Shown here: in pieces, positions 9,628 through 19,380 of the stretch | Layout of the letters: each line of letters starts with the position of its first letter | How positions within the stretch are numbered: position 1 is the first letter of the stretch | NCBI GenBank assembly: GCA_022821235.1 | Contig: JAJEEA010000337.1 | Location: forward strand, 308-64,307 | Length of the DNA: 64,000 nt | Source of the DNA: Vicinamibacteria bacterium | GTDB lineage: Bacteria > Acidobacteriota > Vicinamibacteria > Vicinamibacterales > UBA8438 | Reading direction: 5' to 3' | Made by a program: the position numbers and the translations under genes | Notes under the pieces: generated by a model | Databases searched by the model: none | Told to the model about the DNA's origin: nothing | What the model saw: only the letters and a program-made list of their open reading frames with translations

Positions 9628-10863
9628 ATGCGAAGCAGCGCGTGGACGGTGAGTTGGCGGGTCCTGGCGCCCGGGATCCTGCTGGCGGCGCTGGGAGTGG
9701 GCGGATGTGCGGGCGCGGACGCGCCAGCGCCGGCGCCCGCGACCGAGTCGGAAGCCGTGGCTGCGCCGGAAGGCAATGCCGTGCTCGGAGCCCACGAAAT
9801 CGTGCCCGATCCCGGGGCGACGTTCACCGACGAGCGCGGGTTGACCGTCGAGGGCATGGGGATCGACTTTGCGGCGCGCCGCTATCCGGCGTCCACGGAC
9901 TTCCCGACCGGACCGGCGCTGGGCGAGCGGCTGCCGGAGTTCACCCTGCCGAACCAGCACGGCGAGCCGGTCGACTTCCATGCCGACCGGGGCGGCCAGG
10001 GGGCCGTAGTCGTCTTCTACCGCTCGGCCGTATGGTGACCGTACTGCCAGACGCAGCTGGTCGAGCTGCAGGGGCAACTGGAAGACTTCGAGGCGGCGGG
10101 GTTCAGGATCTACGGCGTCAGCTACGACTCGGTTGAGGGGCTGGCGGCGTTCGCCGACCAGCACGGCATCGAGTACGACCTGCTGGCCGACGACGACTCG
10201 GCGGTGATCACGCAATTCGGCATCCTCAACACCCTGATCGAGCCGGACGGGCCGCTGGCCGAGCAGTTCTACGGGCTCCCGTTTCCCGGCACGTACGTCG
10301 TGGACGGAAACGGCGTGGTGACCGAGAAGTTCTTCAACAAGCACTACGCCACGCGGACGTCGGCGGGCACGATTCTCGACTCGGCCCTGGGGCGCGCGCT
10401 GCGCCACGAGGAGGCCCCCGCGGCGGCCCATGGCGCCCCGCAGGTCGGTTTCACCGCCTTCCTGTCGGATCCGCAGCTCACGCTCGAGGTGGCGAGCACG
10501 CTCAACGTGCGCATCGAGATGGAGGAGGGCTACCACGTCTACGCGGAGCCGTTGCCCGACGACTACTACCCGACCACGGTGCGGCTGGAGCCCGTCAGCG
10601 GCCTGGAGATCGGTGAGGCCGTCTATCCGCCGACGACGCCGATGCGCTTCGATGCTCTGGACGTGACGTTGAACGTCTACGAAGGGTCTGCCGACATCGC
10701 GATTCCGGTCACGGCGCTGGCCGAGCTCGTCCAGGCGGGCGGTGAGACGGTCGATCTGGACGTCGTCGTGGACTACCAGGTGTGCAGCGACACGGTGTGC
10801 TATCTGCCGGAGGAGGCCCGGCTCTCGCTCTCCGCGCCCATCTCGGGTTTGCTGGGCCGCTAG
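9628..10863 (+). CDS. predicted selenoprotein: lipoprotein-type Prx/Trx-like redoxin (W-U-P-Y-C) fused to a DsbD-N-terminal-like domain; UGA(Sec) at 10036-10038
   Basis: ORFs 9469..10038 and 10204..10863 are in the same frame. The 55 codons between them have no stop and read PYCQTQLVELQGQLEDFEAAGFRIYGVSYDSVEGLAAFADQHGIEYDLLADDDSAV, the canonical AhpC/TSA-redoxin continuation. The TGA replaces the first Cys of FYRxxWCPYC. The start ATG at 9628 follows a G7 SD and gives a lipobox-like signal, LAALGVGGC. The C-terminal part (GYHVYA...VVVDYQVCSDTVCYLP) resembles the DsbD-N/ScsB type. Confidence 0.75.
10053..10069 (+). promoter_or_regulatory. putative bacterial SECIS hairpin
   Basis: GCAGCU-GGUCG-AGCUGC: a 6-bp perfect stem and 5-nt G/U-containing loop, starting 15 nt after the in-frame UGA. 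Confidence 0.55.
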
Positions 10864-10884
10864 TCACGAGGAGTCGGCGCCTGT

Positions 10885-12384
10885 CTACGAGGCCGACTCC
10901 CGCGCGCCGCGGGCGCGCCGCAGGAGCCACGGCAGGACGAGCGCCGCGGCGGCGAGCAGCAGCAGCGCGCCCGACAGCGGCCGCGTGAACAGCACCGTCA
11001 CGTCGCCTTCCGCGATGGCCAGCGCCCGCCGCAATTGCTGCTCGGCGAGCGGGCCGAGAATCAGCCCAATCACGGCCGGCGCCACCGGCACGTCGAGCCG
11101 CCGCATGGCGAAGCCGACGAGGCCGATGCCGTACATCAGCCCGACGTCGAACAGCGACCCGTTGAGGCTGTAGGTGCCGACGGTGGCGAACAGCACGATG
11201 CCGGCCGCGAGCAGCGGCCGCGGGATGGCCAGCAGCCGCGCCCACAGCGGCGCCAGCGGCAGATTCAGGACGAGCAGCATCACGTTGCCGGCGTAGAGGC
11301 TCGCGATCAACCCCCACACGAGCTCGGGCTGCGAGGTGAAGAGCAGCGGCCCCGGCTGCAGGTTGTGCTGCTGGAACGCCGCGAGCATGATGGCGGCCGT
11401 CGCCGACGTCGGCAGGCCGAGCGTGAGCAGCGGCACGAGCACGCCGGCCGCCGCCGCGTTGTTGGCCGCCTCGGGTCCGGCCACGCCTTCGATCGCGCCG
11501 CGTCCGAACTCCTCCGGGTGGCGCGAGAGCTTCTTCTCCATCCAGTAGGAGAGGAAGGTCGGGATCTCCGCGCCGCCGATGGGCAGCGCCCCCAGAGGAA
11601 AACCCACGCCCGCGCCGCGCAGCCAGGGCTTCCAGGATCGCCGCAGGTCGGTGCGCGTCATCCACGTCCAGCCGCCGACGCGCGCCGCCGAGGCGCCGTC
11701 CGCCCGAGGTGCCGCCGCCAGCAGCAGCACCTCGCCGACGGCGAACAGCCCGATCACGACGACCACGACGTCGATGCCGTCGAGCAGATGGGGGATGCCG
11801 AACGTGTAGCGCGCCTGACCGGTCTGCAGGTCGATGCCGACCAGCCCCAGCGCGAGGCCGAGGAACAGGCTGAGCAGGCCGCGCAGCGGGGAGGCGCCCA
11901 GCACCGAGGAGATCGTCGCGAAGGCGACCAGGATCAGCGCGAAGTACTCGGCCGGGCCGAAGCGCAGGGCAACCTCGGCCAGCGCGGGCGCGGCGACGGT
12001 CAGCCCCACGACGCCGAGCGTGCCGGCCACGAACGAACCGATCGCGGCCGTCGCCAGCGCGGCGGATGCGCGTCCGGCGCGCGCCATCCGATGCCCGTCG
12101 ATGGCGGTGATCATGGCGCCGCTCTCGCCGGGCGTGTTCATGAGGATCGACGTGGTGGAGCCGCCGTACATGGCGCCGGCGTAGACACCCGCGAACATGA
12201 TGAATGCACCGACCGGTCCGAGCTGGAACGTCACCGGCAGCAACAGGGCGACGGTCAGTGCCGGACCGATGCCGGGCAGGATGCCGACAATGGTCCCCAG
12301 CACAACGCCGACGAACGCCCACAGCAGGTTGCCGTCCTGCAGGACGACCGCGAATCCCTGGAGCAAGGCCGAGGTCGGTTCCAT
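10885..12384 (-). CDS. tctA: tripartite tricarboxylate transporter large permease TctA
   Basis: 499 aa; [53 protein letters not shown] is a typical TctA N-terminus, and the protein is polytopic and hydrophobic throughout. Confidence 0.85.
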   Translation of the reverse strand: MEPTSALLQGFAVVLQDGNLLWAFVGVVLGTIVGILPGIGPALTVALLLPVTFQLGPVGAFIMFAGVYAGAMYGGSTTSILMNTPGESGAMITAIDGHRMARAGRASAALATAAIGSFVAGTLGVVGLTVAAPALAEVALRFGPAEYFALILVAFATISSVLGASPLRGLLSLFLGLALGLVGIDLQTGQARYTFGIPHLLDGIDVVVVVIGLFAVGEVLLLAAAPRADGASAARVGGWTWMTRTDLRRSWKPWLRGAGVGFPLGALPIGGAEIPTFLSYWMEKKLSRHPEEFGRGAIEGVAGPEAANNAAAAGVLVPLLTLGLPTSATAAIMLAAFQQHNLQPGPLLFTSQPELVWGLIASLYAGNVMLLVLNLPLAPLWARLLAIPRPLLAAGIVLFATVGTYSLNGSLFDVGLMYGIGLVGFAMRRLDVPVAPAVIGLILGPLAEQQLRRALAIAEGDVTVLFTRPLSGALLLLAAAALVLPWLLRRARGARESAS

Positions 12385-12436
12385 CAGCGGGAGGTGTCGC
12401 AGCCAACTGTAATGTAGTCTGGTGCAGGGGGGTGCG

Positions 12437-14338
12437 ATGCGGGCCTACATGCACATCCGGGCGCTGGCGGCCGCGGGATTGCCGGCGTTGCTGCTCGTCG
12501 CCGCGACGGGGCCTGCGCCGGGCGCACAGGATGGCGCCGCGCCGCGCGAGACCATCGTCTACAGCACCATCCAGCCGTCCAACTGGGACCTGTTCCTCTT
12601 TGACGGACCTGGGGCGAAGCCGCGGAGGCTGACGACCGATCCGGGGCTCGACTACAACGGCGCCTTCTCGCCGGACGGGCGCTGGGTGGTGTTCACGTCC
12701 GAGCGCAGCGGCAGCCCGGACCTTTACGTGCTCGACCTGCGCGGCAGCGCGCCACCGCGACCGTTGATCACCGGTCCGGCGATGGAGGACGCGGCGGACA
12801 TATCGCCGGACGGCGAGCAGTTGGTGTTCGTCAGCACGCGCGATGGCAACGCGGACGTCTTCGTGATGGCGTTCCGACCCGAGGACCCGGACGCGGCAGG
12901 CGAGGCGAAGAACCTGACGCGCCACGCCGCGGGCGACTACAACCCGGCATTCTCGCCGGACGGAACGCGGATTCTGTTCTCCAGCAGCCGCGACACGGCA
13001 GTATCGACGAGCACCGGACCGGGCCCCCCGCCGACCTACCTGGCCAGCGAGGTTTACGTGATGCAGGCGGACGGGAGCGATGTGCGGCGCCTGACGCGGC
13101 ACGAGAGCTGGGACGGGGCGCCGGCGTGGACGCCCGACGGACAGGCGGCCGTGTTCTATTCGCAGCGCGACGGCGAGCCGCGCATCTACCGCACCGGCAT
13201 CGACGGCTCGGCGGCCGAGCCGATCTCGGCCGGGGACGAGGCCGCGCTGTCCCCGACCTTCGGCCCCGACGGGCGGCTGGCGTTCACGGTGCGGCGCGAC
13301 GAACGCTGGACGCTCGTGACCGCACTACCGGATGGCGCTGATCTGCAGATCGCCGGTGACGCCGAGCGCGACTACTGGGCGCCGGAGTACGACCCCGCGT
13401 CCGGACGCCTGCTGGCGCACGGGCCGGGACCGCTGGAGCCGGCTTCCCGCTTCGAGAGCGACTCGCCGGGCGCGTTTCCCGTGCATTCGCCAGTGCCGGT
13501 CCACCTGCCGGACCGCCAGGTTTCCCTCATCGGCATCCGCGGCTACATCCCGGCCATCGACCGCACCTCGGGCGAGGTGGCCACCAGCGAGGCGTTCGCG
13601 CGGCTGGTGGCGTCCAGGGCGGACGGCAGCCGCAAGCGCGTGGTGGTCGACCGGGCCGGGGCGGATCGGTATCGCGGTCCCGATTCGGCGTGGGGGCCGT
13701 CGTGGTCGTACGACGGCGATTGGCTGGCGTTCGCCGTGGGCCCGCCGTTCGCGTCCGCCGCACGTGATGTGGACATCTGGAAGATCCGCAGCGACGGCAG
13801 CGGCGCGGTGAACCTGACGCCGGATTCCGACACCAACGAAGCGTTCCCGGACTTCGCGCCGGACGGCCGGCGCATCGTCTTCCGCAGCCTGCGCGACGGC
13901 AATTCCGACATCTACGTGATGAATGCCGACGGCACGGATGCGCGCCGCCTCACCCGCCACGAGGCGACCGACACCATGCCGGCGTTCTCGTCCGGCGGCG
14001 ACCGCGTCGCGTTCACGTCGTTTCGCGACGGGAACTTCGAGATCTACACCATCGCGTTCGACGAGAACGGAGACCCCGGCCCGCCCGAGCGCCTGACCCG
14101 GAACTCGGGCAACGACATGCACCCGAAGTTCTCGCCCGACGACGAGTGGGTGCTCTTCACGTCCCAGCGCAGCGAGTTCAGCGACGAGCTGCCGCTGCTG
14201 CGCGTCATCTTTCAGCCCCAGCCGTACGGCGAGCTCCACGCCATCCGCCTGGCGGACCGAACGGTGGTGCGCTTGACGCACAACAAGTGGGAGGACGGCC
14301 CGACGGCCTGGGTGCGGGACGTCCCGGGCCTGGACTGA
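12437..14338 (+). CDS. PD40/TolB-like beta-propeller repeat protein (secreted)
   Basis: Many PD40 repeats ([86 protein letters not shown], and others) and a signal peptide. Possible starts are 12422, 12437 and 12449. Confidence 0.8.
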   Translation: MRAYMHIRALAAAGLPALLLVAATGPAPGAQDGAAPRETIVYSTIQPSNWDLFLFDGPGAKPRRLTTDPGLDYNGAFSPDGRWVVFTSERSGSPDLYVLDLRGSAPPRPLITGPAMEDAADISPDGEQLVFVSTRDGNADVFVMAFRPEDPDAAGEAKNLTRHAAGDYNPAFSPDGTRILFSSSRDTAVSTSTGPGPPPTYLASEVYVMQADGSDVRRLTRHESWDGAPAWTPDGQAAVFYSQRDGEPRIYRTGIDGSAAEPISAGDEAALSPTFGPDGRLAFTVRRDERWTLVTALPDGADLQIAGDAERDYWAPEYDPASGRLLAHGPGPLEPASRFESDSPGAFPVHSPVPVHLPDRQVSLIGIRGYIPAIDRTSGEVATSEAFARLVASRADGSRKRVVVDRAGADRYRGPDSAWGPSWSYDGDWLAFAVGPPFASAARDVDIWKIRSDGSGAVNLTPDSDTNEAFPDFAPDGRRIVFRSLRDGNSDIYVMNADGTDARRLTRHEATDTMPAFSSGGDRVAFTSFRDGNFEIYTIAFDENGDPGPPERLTRNSGNDMHPKFSPDDEWVLFTSQRSEFSDELPLLRVIFQPQPYGELHAIRLADRTVVRLTHNKWEDGPTAWVRDVPGLD

Positions 14339-15678
14339 TGTTGCAGCGAGCGCTCGCGCTGGCGACGGGCGCCGGGTCGCTGGCGCTTGCGGCGGCGCTG
14401 CTGGCGCAGCCCGGGCCGGCCCCTGCCGGCGCCGTCGTCCTGATCGGCGGCCGAGTCATCGACGGCGGGGGAGGCCCGCCGCTCGAGCGGGCCGTGCTGC
14501 TCGTTCTCGACGGGCGGATTCGCGCGGTCGGCCAGGTGGGCGACGTCCCGATCCCGGACGGGGTCGCCCGCGTCGACGTCAGCGGCAAGACCATCATCCC
14601 CGGTCTCATCACGGCGCACGCGCATCTCAACGACGGCGACCCGGCGCAGCCGCTGCGCGACCAGTTGCTGGCGCAACTGCGCACTTATGCCGCGTTCGGC
14701 GTCACGACCGTGCACACCCTCGGCGACGGCCGCTCGGCCGCCCACCGGGCGCACGCGCCGCGGCTGCCGTACCCCTGGCAGGTGGCTGAGGAGAGCGTAA
14801 GGGTGCGCGATGAGCAGGCGGACGGCGACCTGGTCGACCGCGCGCGGCTGTTCCCATCAGGTCCGAACGTGGTCGGCGCCACCGCGGCCGAGGCGCGCGA
14901 GGGCGTCGATCAGATCGCGGAGCTGGGGGTCGACGTCATCAAGACGCGGCTCGACGACCGGCCGGAAGACATGACGCCGGCGGTCTACCGCGCGCTGATC
15001 GACCAGGCGCACCGGCGCGGACTGCGGGTGGCGGCGCACGCCGTCACCCTGGAAGACGCCAGTGGGCTGGCCGAGGCCGGCGTGGACGCCGTCGTGCACA
15101 GCGTGCGTGACCGCGACGTCGACGCGGCGCTGATCGCCGCGCTGGCGAGCCGCGACGTCGGCTACGTGCCGACGCTGACGCGGACGCTGTCACTGTTCCT
15201 GTACGCGACGACCCCGGCGTTCTTCGGCGACCCCTTCTTTCTGCGCGGCGGCGACGCCTACCGGGCGGAGATGGAACGGATTCGGGATCCGGAGCTCCAG
15301 GCGCGGGTGCGCGGCGGCGACCAGGCCGCGGCTGCGCGGAAGGTGCTGGCGCAGGCCCAACGCAACCTGAAGCTGCTGGCCGGCGGTGGTGTGACCATCG
15401 GCATGGGCACCGACAGCGGCACGCAGTTGGGCCGTTGGCAGGGGTATTTCGAGCACGTTGAGCTGGAGCTGATGGTCGAGGCCGGCCTGACGCCGCTGCA
15501 GGCGCTCGTGGCGGCAACGGGCAACGCCGCGCGCGTCATGGGGCTCCGCGAGCTGGGCACGCTGGAGCCCGGCAACCACGCCGACTTCGTCGTGCTGGAC
15601 GCCAATCCGCTGGTCGACATCCGCAACACCCGGCGGATCGACTCCGTCTGGATCGCCGGCCGCAGGCTCGCGGAGTAG
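14338..15678 (+). CDS. amidohydrolase-family protein (secreted)
   Basis: [24 protein letters not shown], then VLIGGRVIDGGGGPPLERAVLLVLDGRIRAVG...IPGLITAHAHL...GTDSG...ADFVVLDANPL. The start overlaps the upstream stop (TGATG). Confidence 0.8.
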   Translation: MLQRALALATGAGSLALAAALLAQPGPAPAGAVVLIGGRVIDGGGGPPLERAVLLVLDGRIRAVGQVGDVPIPDGVARVDVSGKTIIPGLITAHAHLNDGDPAQPLRDQLLAQLRTYAAFGVTTVHTLGDGRSAAHRAHAPRLPYPWQVAEESVRVRDEQADGDLVDRARLFPSGPNVVGATAAEAREGVDQIAELGVDVIKTRLDDRPEDMTPAVYRALIDQAHRRGLRVAAHAVTLEDASGLAEAGVDAVVHSVRDRDVDAALIAALASRDVGYVPTLTRTLSLFLYATTPAFFGDPFFLRGGDAYRAEMERIRDPELQARVRGGDQAAAARKVLAQAQRNLKLLAGGGVTIGMGTDSGTQLGRWQGYFEHVELELMVEAGLTPLQALVAATGNAARVMGLRELGTLEPGNHADFVVLDANPLVDIRNTRRIDSVWIAGRRLAE

Positions 15679-15764
15679 GCCGCGCACGGCGCGGCCCGCC
15701 GGCCACCGAGTGGGGCGATGGGGTCCCCGCGAGTGGCTGGCGGGGGTTTGGGGCGCAGCCCCAT

Positions 15765-16688
15765 CTAAGAAAGCCTTCGCGCGAGCCACTCGTTCTGGTC
15801 GCGCATGTAGCGCTGCGCCACGTCGGTGTCCGCGAAGAGCATGACGCCGTGCGGCGCGCCGGGGTAGACGTGCAGCTCGCACTCCACGCCGGCGCCGTTC
15901 AGGCGCAGCGCGTAGTCGATGTCCTCGTCGCGGAAACCGTCGGCCCCGCCCACGCACACGTACGCCCGCGGCAGACCCGACAGGTCTTCCGCGCGCGCCG
16001 GAGCCGCGTGATACGGCACGTCGTCGGCGCCGTAGAGATCGCCCAGGTACGACTTCCAGCCGAAGGCGTTCGACGTTCGGCTCCAGACGATCAGGTCGTC
16101 CGCCTGGCTCGAAGGCGTGCGCAAGCGGTCGTCGAGCATCGGGCAATCGAGCAGTTGCCAATCCAGCGTGTACTCGCCTCGATCGCGGACGAGCAGCGCC
16201 AGCGCCGCCGAGAGGCCGCCGCCCGCGCTCACGCCGGTGACGCCGACACGCGCCGGATCGACGCCGAGCTGCGCGGCATTGCGGAAAACCCAGGCCAGAC
16301 CGGCGTAGCAATCCTCCAGCGGGCCGGGGTACGGCGTCTCCGGCGCGAGCCGGTACTCGACCGAAACCCCGACGCAGTCGAGCGCGGGGCAGAGCTGGTC
16401 GAACTTGAGGTCGTCCATCTCGTACGAGCCGATGACGTAGCCCCCGCCGTGGATCGAGTAGACGCACGGCCGCGGCCCGCTCGCCGCCGCCTTCGGCGTG
16501 TGCACGCGGACAACGACGCGCGGCGCCTCGCTGACCACGTGGTCCACGCGCTCGACGGCATCCGAGAGCTCTCCCGGCAGCATGAGCGGCGTGGCGCGTA
16601 TTTCCGCGAGCGTCGCGTTCGTGAGATCCCCGAACGGGACCTGGTCCGCGAGCGGAACGATGGACGGATCGAGTGCGGTCGAGGACAT
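15765..16688 (-). CDS. alpha/beta hydrolase, hormone-sensitive-lipase-like esterase
   Basis: Contains the HGGGY oxyanion motif and the GVSAGG nucleophile elbow. I chose the internal ATG at 16688, which is preceded by GGGAG. Confidence 0.85.
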   Translation of the reverse strand: MSSTALDPSIVPLADQVPFGDLTNATLAEIRATPLMLPGELSDAVERVDHVVSEAPRVVVRVHTPKAAASGPRPCVYSIHGGGYVIGSYEMDDLKFDQLCPALDCVGVSVEYRLAPETPYPGPLEDCYAGLAWVFRNAAQLGVDPARVGVTGVSAGGGLSAALALLVRDRGEYTLDWQLLDCPMLDDRLRTPSSQADDLIVWSRTSNAFGWKSYLGDLYGADDVPYHAAPARAEDLSGLPRAYVCVGGADGFRDEDIDYALRLNGAGVECELHVYPGAPHGVMLFADTDVAQRYMRDQNEWLARRLS

Positions 16689-16811
16689 TGCGTGCTCCCT
16701 GGATTGCGGGTGGAGGCCGGTAGAGCGAGACAGCTCGATTGGCGCGAGCGCCCCGCGGGACAATGCCCGCGGGACGCTCACATCGAATCGTGACGTGTCC
16801 GAGCGGCGGAG

Positions 16812-17678
16812 CTATGCCAGGGCGCGCTCGAACAGGACGAGCAGACGGCTCCACGCCCGCTCCGCCTGCGGCTCGTTATACACCTGCGTGTCGGGCGGGC
16901 ACCAGCCGTGCAGCGCGCCGTCGTAAACCTCGATCTCCGCCGGCAGGCCGGCCTTGTCGAACACCTCGCGCAGCACGTTCTTCGCTTCCGGTTCGTTCTC
17001 GTCGTCGTTCTCGGCGATCGCGAACAGGTAGTGCGCCTGCATCTGCGGCACCAGCAGGTGCGGGCTGTCCGGCTGGTCGGTCACGAGGCCGCCGCCGTGG
17101 AACGACGCGCCGGCCTTGACGCGGTCGGGCACCGCCGCCGCGGTGCGCATGGTGATGGGGCCGCCCATGCAGTAGCCCATCGTGCCCATCTTGCGGTTGC
17201 TGTCGACCGACGCCTGGCTGTCGAGGAAGCTCACGAACGCCCGCGCGTCCGACACGTGGGTCTCGGGGCTCAGCGTGGCCATCAGCGGCCTCACGATGGG
17301 GGCCACCTCGGCGAAGTTCGTGCTGTCCACGATGGGCACCCGCTGCGAGCGGTAGTACTGGTTGACCACGAGCACCGAGTAGCCCGACTCGGCGAGCCGC
17401 TTCGCCATCTGCCGCTTCGCGGGCCGCAGGCCGAACGCGTCGGGCCAGATGAGGACGCCGGGGTGGGCGCCGCTCGCGGGATGCACGAAGTAGCTGTCGC
17501 ACACGCCGTCGGGGGTCGTGACGTCGATCTCGGACTCGGTGACGGCCTGGGCGTTCGCGGCCCGGGGCAGCAGCATCGCCAGTCCCGCTCCCGCCGAAAC
17601 CGCGCCGAACTGCCGCCGGGTCATCTCCCGCGCGCGCAGGTACTTGGTGGTGTCGGCATCGGTTCTCTCATCACACAT
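16812..17678 (-). CDS. dienelactone hydrolase family protein (TAT signal)
   Basis: MTRRQFGAVSAGAGLAMLLPRAANA gives the signal, and PGVLIWPDAFGLRPAKRQMAKRLAESGYSVLVVNQYYR...GYCMGG are DLH motifs. The ATG at 17678 is preceded by AAGGAG. Confidence 0.8.
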   Translation of the reverse strand: MCDERTDADTTKYLRAREMTRRQFGAVSAGAGLAMLLPRAANAQAVTESEIDVTTPDGVCDSYFVHPASGAHPGVLIWPDAFGLRPAKRQMAKRLAESGYSVLVVNQYYRSQRVPIVDSTNFAEVAPIVRPLMATLSPETHVSDARAFVSFLDSQASVDSNRKMGTMGYCMGGPITMRTAAAVPDRVKAGASFHGGGLVTDQPDSPHLLVPQMQAHYLFAIAENDDENEPEAKNVLREVFDKAGLPAEIEVYDGALHGWCPPDTQVYNEPQAERAWSRLLVLFERALA

Positions 17679-18085
17679 GTCGATCTCCTTGGTGGATTGC
17701 TCGTCGGGGCGCCGGATCCCTTTCGCGCCGAGCCTGATTCTACGCGAAACCGTCCACCGGCGACACCGGGCCGCCTTTGAGCTTCGGGGCCGGAACCGGC
17801 GGCGGGAGACCCGTCGTGGCGGCCCGGGAGTGCGCCCGAAACCAGCGACCCCCGCCCGGGACCGGGGGGCGAGGGCGGTGATTCCGGCAAGCCTGAGAGC
17901 GTGCCGCAAGAGAGCCGTGTCGTTCGGGCGGGACGAGGCGATGGGTGGCGCGTCGCGCAGATTCTGCGCCGGGTCTTGCGGTTGCCACGACCACCGGCGA
18001 TCATGATGCGGATCGATCGAGTCGTTCCCACGACTTTCCGGCGGGCCGGCGCGTCGTCGGGCGTCGAGAACAAAAGGAGTGACCC

Positions 18086-19084
18086 GTGAGCGTAGCGAGA
18101 CAAGTGGTGAGATGGACGGCGACGTTCGGGATCGCGGCGTTCCTGGCGGGTGCCGGCGCGGCAGCGGCGCAGACCGCCGGGGACGCGCGGCTGCTGGTGC
18201 TGCTGCGGGACGCCAGCGCCCTGGCCGTGGTGGACCCGGCGGCGGGGACCGTGCTCGGACAGGTGCCCACGGTCGACGGCCCCCACGAGGTGACGGCGTC
18301 GCCCGACGGGAGGCTCGCGTTCGTGGCGAGCCCGAGCGACGGCATCTCGGTGATCGATCTCGAGACGCTGACCGAAGTGCGCCGGGTCGACGTCGGGCGC
18401 GGCAGCGTGCCGCACGACGTGCGCTTCGCCGGCGGCCGGCTGTACTTCACGGTGGAGGGCTACAAGGCCATCGGCCGCTACGATCCCGAGGCCGACGAGG
18501 TCGACTGGCTGCTCGGGCTCGGCCAGGACGGCGCCCACATGATGGTCCTGAGCGGGGACCGCGACACCATCGTCACCGCCAACCGCGAGTCGAATACGTT
18601 GAGCATCGTCGACGGCGCCTCCGCCGGCCCGCCCGACTGGCAGGTAACGACGGTTCCCGCCGGCGGCCAGTATCCGGAAGGGCTCGACCTCTCGCCCGAC
18701 GGGGCGGAGTTGTGGACGGCGACCCGGAACGACGGCGGAGTGTCCATCGTCGACATCGCCTCGAAGGCGGTCACCGAGCGCCTCGAGCTGGGCCTGGCGG
18801 ATCCCAACCGGCTCGCCTTCACGCCGGACGGGGCCCGGGTGCTCATCTCGGACTCGGCGACGAGCGTGGTGGTCATGGACGCCGCGTCGCGGACCGAGGT
18901 CGGGCGCCTCGATCTCGCCCCCAACGCCGTGCTGGTGCGGCCCGACGGCGCCGTGGCCTTCGCGGCGCTGCGGGGCGACGACCGCGTGGCCGTGATCGAC
19001 CTCGAGACCCTGGAGGTGGTGTCGGAGATAGCGACCGGCCCCGACTCGGGGCCCGGGTGCATGTTCTGGCTGGCGGGAGACTGA
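18086..19084 (+). CDS. YVTN/YncE-like beta-propeller protein (secreted)
   Basis: Signal peptide and repeated blades (PHEVTASPDGRLAFVAS, PHDVRFAGGRLYFT, PEGLDLSPDGAELWTA, NRLAFTPDGARVLISD, VRPDGAVAFAA). Confidence 0.7.
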   Translation: MSVARQVVRWTATFGIAAFLAGAGAAAAQTAGDARLLVLLRDASALAVVDPAAGTVLGQVPTVDGPHEVTASPDGRLAFVASPSDGISVIDLETLTEVRRVDVGRGSVPHDVRFAGGRLYFTVEGYKAIGRYDPEADEVDWLLGLGQDGAHMMVLSGDRDTIVTANRESNTLSIVDGASAGPPDWQVTTVPAGGQYPEGLDLSPDGAELWTATRNDGGVSIVDIASKAVTERLELGLADPNRLAFTPDGARVLISDSATSVVVMDAASRTEVGRLDLAPNAVLVRPDGAVAFAALRGDDRVAVIDLETLEVVSEIATGPDSGPGCMFWLAGD

Positions 19085-19380
19085 CGACCGGCCGGGGGGG
19101 CGAGACTCACGACCGGCCGGAGGAAACTGACCACCGGCCGGAGGGAGGCCGACGACCGGCCGGAGGGGCTGATCACCGGCTTGGGTAGAGGCGGATGACT
19201 CCGGCCGGGGGGCGACTGTCGATTCCGCGAGGGCGAGACTGCCGGTTCGGTGAGGGCAACTGTCGATATCCGGGCGTGATCCGCGATTCCTGGTCGTGGG
19301 AGATTCGCGGTTCCGGCTGGGAGGAGAGCGACGATTCCGGCCGGGGGAGAGTGGCGATTCCGGCCGGGAGGAGAGTGACG
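19082..19380. repeat. array of degenerate ~21-25 bp repeats built around the palindrome CCGGCCGG
   Basis: Seven perfect CCGGCCGG copies (19088, 19113, 19134, 19156, 19201, 19337, 19360) plus degenerate ones. The unit is roughly (T)GAYnnCCGGCCGGRGGnnnn. The array fills the whole gap from the stop of 18086..19084 to the ATG at 19381. Confidence 0.8.

Noticed and set aside
19082-19380. Possible CRISPR array.
   Set aside because: The repeats are degenerate and directly abutting, with no unique spacers of constant length. No cas genes are in the window.
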